DNA of 64,000 nt, taken from positions 2,666,001-2,730,000 of the forward strand of contig MU004181.1 in the NCBI GenBank assembly GCA_010093605.1. Direction: 5' to 3'. The notes below the pieces were generated by a model. That model did no database searches, was not told where the DNA came from, and saw nothing but the letters and a program-made list of their open reading frames with translations. The DNA is from Lophium mytilinum. Lineage: Eukaryota. The position numbers and the translations under genes were made by a program. Position 1 is the stretch's first letter; the number at the start of each line of letters is the position of its first letter. Shown piece by piece: positions 60,781 through 64,000 of this stretch.

Positions 60781-61305
60781 ATAGAGCCGTGGAAAAGAAT
60801 GATAGTCTGTTTTTCACCGTTTCATCCGGGGGGGCAGGCAGCGGCTTACCACCCATCTTTATTCAGACTTGGTACCAAATGCAAAGAATGTTGACAGACT
60901 TACGTCGTAGTGGTGTATTTCGAAAAGTCAGCTGGTTCCAGGAAACGGATGCAAATGATATAGCTGTCACTGAACCAGAAACCACAATGCCTTGTGAAGC
61001 CTTCATTAAAAAGTATATTTCCTGACCGCGGCATCTTCATCCTATACCGCAGGCTTATAACGCTCAAAGAGGCTCATGTCAAGAAACCCTCACCCTTCTT
61101 TTGGTCACCCCAATGAAGAGAGAGAACGAAAAGAAATCACCCAAAACACCTTTCCGTTAGCCGATCCCTAATCCCAACAGCCCAGATGAATCAGAAAGTA
61201 AAGAAAAAACACCTCGGCACCACGGCTACTTGGTTCATTCGGTTGAAAGGAGTAAACGCTCTTCACGTCCCCAAATCAGCTTCATCGCTCAGTGCTTACA
61301 CACAC

Positions 61306-64000
61306 TCAAGCCTTGCCTCGCCGAGCAAGGAAGTACGTGATCAAGTTCAAATGCTGCTCGCGGGCGCCAGCGACCGCCTTCCAGAACAGGTCCTTTTCAC
61401 CTCCGATGCGCTCATGCAGAGAGATGCAGAACTCCAAGTCCGCCTTGCGCACGTCTGGGTCGGTGTCATCGAGAAATCGAACCGCCAGCTTACCGAGTCG
61501 CTGGGTTTGCACGTTCGTGATCGCAACGTTCTTTGCTTGTGCAACTTGGAGGAGTTGCGCGAGCACGCTGAGACCCATTGTGGTAGTGCGGTTTGGAACT
61601 GGGGCGCCCTTCTTGGGCGGAGTGGGAGATGAGGCAGCGGAGGAAGCTGGAGACGGCGTGTCGCGTGCGAAAGAAGGGGAAGTGGACTCGATCAGATCCA
61701 GCACAGCATTCAAGCTGTCACTAGTCTGTCCATATCGGACAATCTCATTGGCCGTGTGCTCCAGGTCGGAGGCGATGTGAGACGCCGAATCGTAGTGTGA
61801 TCGTGTCTGGAGAATGGCACAAAGAGTGCGGGAATAGTAGACTGCGGTCTCCTTGCGATACAAGGCAAGCATTGCCCGGATCGTCGCCAGCACCTGTACT
61901 TTCAGGTTGGGTGCCTTGCCTGGCGGGGCCTTCAGAGTATCGTTAGGCGCCTCGAGATAGTCCAACAGAGCCAAGAGCAGATCCCCAAATTTCTCGCCAT
62001 CCGAGCCCCAGATATCCTGATCGTTCTTTACTAGGTCTTGAAGTCGGCGGAATCCATGCGCATCGAGAGTCTTTGCCCGAATTCGTTCGATGCCACTGGC
62101 CAGCAGCCTGCGATTCTTGAGAACGTCGGCGCGCTCTTGGGTGACCTGTGAGTCGTTGCTATTCGTGAGCATGACACTGCTAGTGCTTGTAGTTTTGTGA
62201 TGTCTTCGTGACGGCTCATCGTCTCTAGCAGCTCCGTCTCCCATCATTGTCGCGCTCTCAACACTATCGCTGCTTAACCGGCGTTCGATTTTCTTCTCAT
62301 TGAGAGGGAGCTCCTCCAATACGGGCTTGTCAGGGTCTGTAGATGTTGCACCGGGCTCGTCGCCGACAAATGGGTCTTCATACACCTGAACCTCGTCTGC
62401 CTGCGCATCACCGGCCTGTCCATATGTACGATCTGGCGAACGGACACGGGGACTGCCTGACAGCCCAAGGGCAGGTGTCGTGTCCAAGCCCCCTACAATC
62501 CGAGGACTTCCAAAACCTAACTTGGAAGCTGACTTCGGAGGACTGCGTTGATGTGACTGCTGACCTGAGGGCTGTGGCAAAGACATATTAGGGATGACCA
62601 AAGTGAAGCCATCTTCATCTCCGGCGTGGGGAATGCCGCTATCCACGGACATAGTCTTCTCCAACCCCGCTCGCTTTCGGAACGGTAAAGTTTGCGATTC
62701 ACTACCGCCTAGGAATTTCCCTCGCGGCATTACCATGGTCAGCTCCTCATCCTTGGATGGACTCCCTGCTGGGCTAGCTGTGCGGGCGCTGTCCCCGCTA
62801 GGCGTCCTGCGGTGACTAGCAAGTTGCTCCAGGCGTGACTTGCTCCTGATAGGACTGATGTTCGGGCTTGGACGCTCTGGTCCGGTTCCCGTCCTGGGGC
62901 GAATCGTACTCTTTGTTGTTGCGACTGACTTCTTCGTAGCAGGGGTCTTCTCAGGAGTCATTGAAGGTGTTACATTCTTTCCTGCTCGGCGGTGATACGG
63001 ATCTGCGGTTGCAGGTCGGGCTATTTCTGGTTTCCGTGGTCGACGCATTGGTGCAGCCATGAGGGCACCCGATGCTGTTGTGCTGGATGGGGCTCCTAGT
63101 CCTGACCTTGAAGCAGTGCTTCCAGACATCGCAGACGGTGGCCGGGCGGAATGTGGTGTGCTCGAAGCTGTAGAAACTTGGCGAAGATTTGAAGTCGATT
63201 TCGCTGTCTTCACAGGAGAAAAGGTTGCCTGAGCGGAGCTTGGACGCGCGGGCATCTGTTTTGCTAATCGCTCCCTCTTCTGCTCTGCAATCTTCTCTTT
63301 TAGAGTTTGTCTGGGTCCACTAGGTCCGACTGATTTCGAGAAAGAGCTTGGGGCGATCGCCGAAGCTTTGGGTGGGCCATTGGGATTGCTAGGGGCGTTT
63401 TCGAGGAGGCCTTTTTGCTTAGGATCAAGGTCTGCCATGATACTACAATCATCGTTAGTCTCATCCAAATTTCTAGTGGATAGCAACGTACGCTTCAGCC
63501 TTCTTTGGCCAAACAGGAGCAAACGTCCAGTATGCTGCCCTCATGCCTTCTCGGACTTTTGGATTAGCATCCGCAAGGCCTTTCTTTATTATCTTATCCA
63601 GCTGATCCAGTCCACCTGAGTGCTCTATATGTGATTTGTGTCTCCTGATCACAGTCTTGATCCAATTGGAGGAGTAAATTCGAGGTTGTACGTTCTTGTC
63701 AGAAGCTGCGAAAGCTACATGCTGTAGTAGTCTGCTGTTATATGATACATTCTGGAGAATCGCATCGACCGTAGTGTTGCCATTGTCGGCGGCAATCTTC
63801 TTCGTGGCCGCACACATCTTGACGGCGCTTTGTAGGAGAATTTCGGTTGACGGATCCAAAGCAGGTCCAAGTGTCTTAGCTAACTCTTGAATCAACAAGC
63901 AGCCATTAGTTGACATAGTCGTACGTAGCGAATTTGCGACCTTCAGAATGCCGTCCAGCATCGATTTGATGTTGGTCACGAACGCAACGTGAAACTCCGA
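61306..64000 (-). CDS. STU1: STU1/CLASP microtubule-binding protein, 3' part (runs off the window); intron 63443-63491
   Basis: CLASP_N-type HEAT segments (NSLRTTMSTNGC, KMCAATKKI, GLADANPKVREGMR), S/T/P-rich linker, C-terminal FLDDTDPDVRK and LNLITYFL. Confidence 0.9.

Overview
Gene-dense genomic DNA from a filamentous ascomycete (Pezizomycotina; inferred from short GT-AG introns with CTRAC branch points, Zn2Cys6 and LysM genes, a class V/VII chitin synthase pair and RIP-like relics). I can model about 19 protein-coding genes by hand-splicing the ORF track: ferric reductase, orphan coiled-coil protein with a 5x36-aa repeat tail, small Ser/Pro-rich protein, ammonium transporter, Pus3/Deg1, 2xLysM secreted protein, PIG-H/Gpi15, Hub1/UBL5 with a long RS/RD-rich N-terminus, head-to-head class V and VII chitin synthases, GNAT acetyltransferase, End3, LIM-RhoGAP, MARVEL-like membrane protein, GH16 glucanase, orphan PHD-finger protein, F-box protein, NUP purine nucleoside permease, a divergent SDR/Zn2Cys6 pair and the 3' part of STU1/CLASP. 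I saw no rRNA, tRNA, CRISPR or intact transposon. The observations most worth following up are the RS-like Hub1 fusion lacking the YY terminus, a cell-wall/polarity gene neighbourhood around the chitin synthases, a hairpin-forming intron splitting an atypical PHD finger, a 9-bp minisatellite intron, a structured 122-bp tandem array, and a recurrent C-rich 5' to G-rich 3' skew inside genes. None of these is shown to be a new system from sequence alone; all product calls rest on motif recognition, not database searches.
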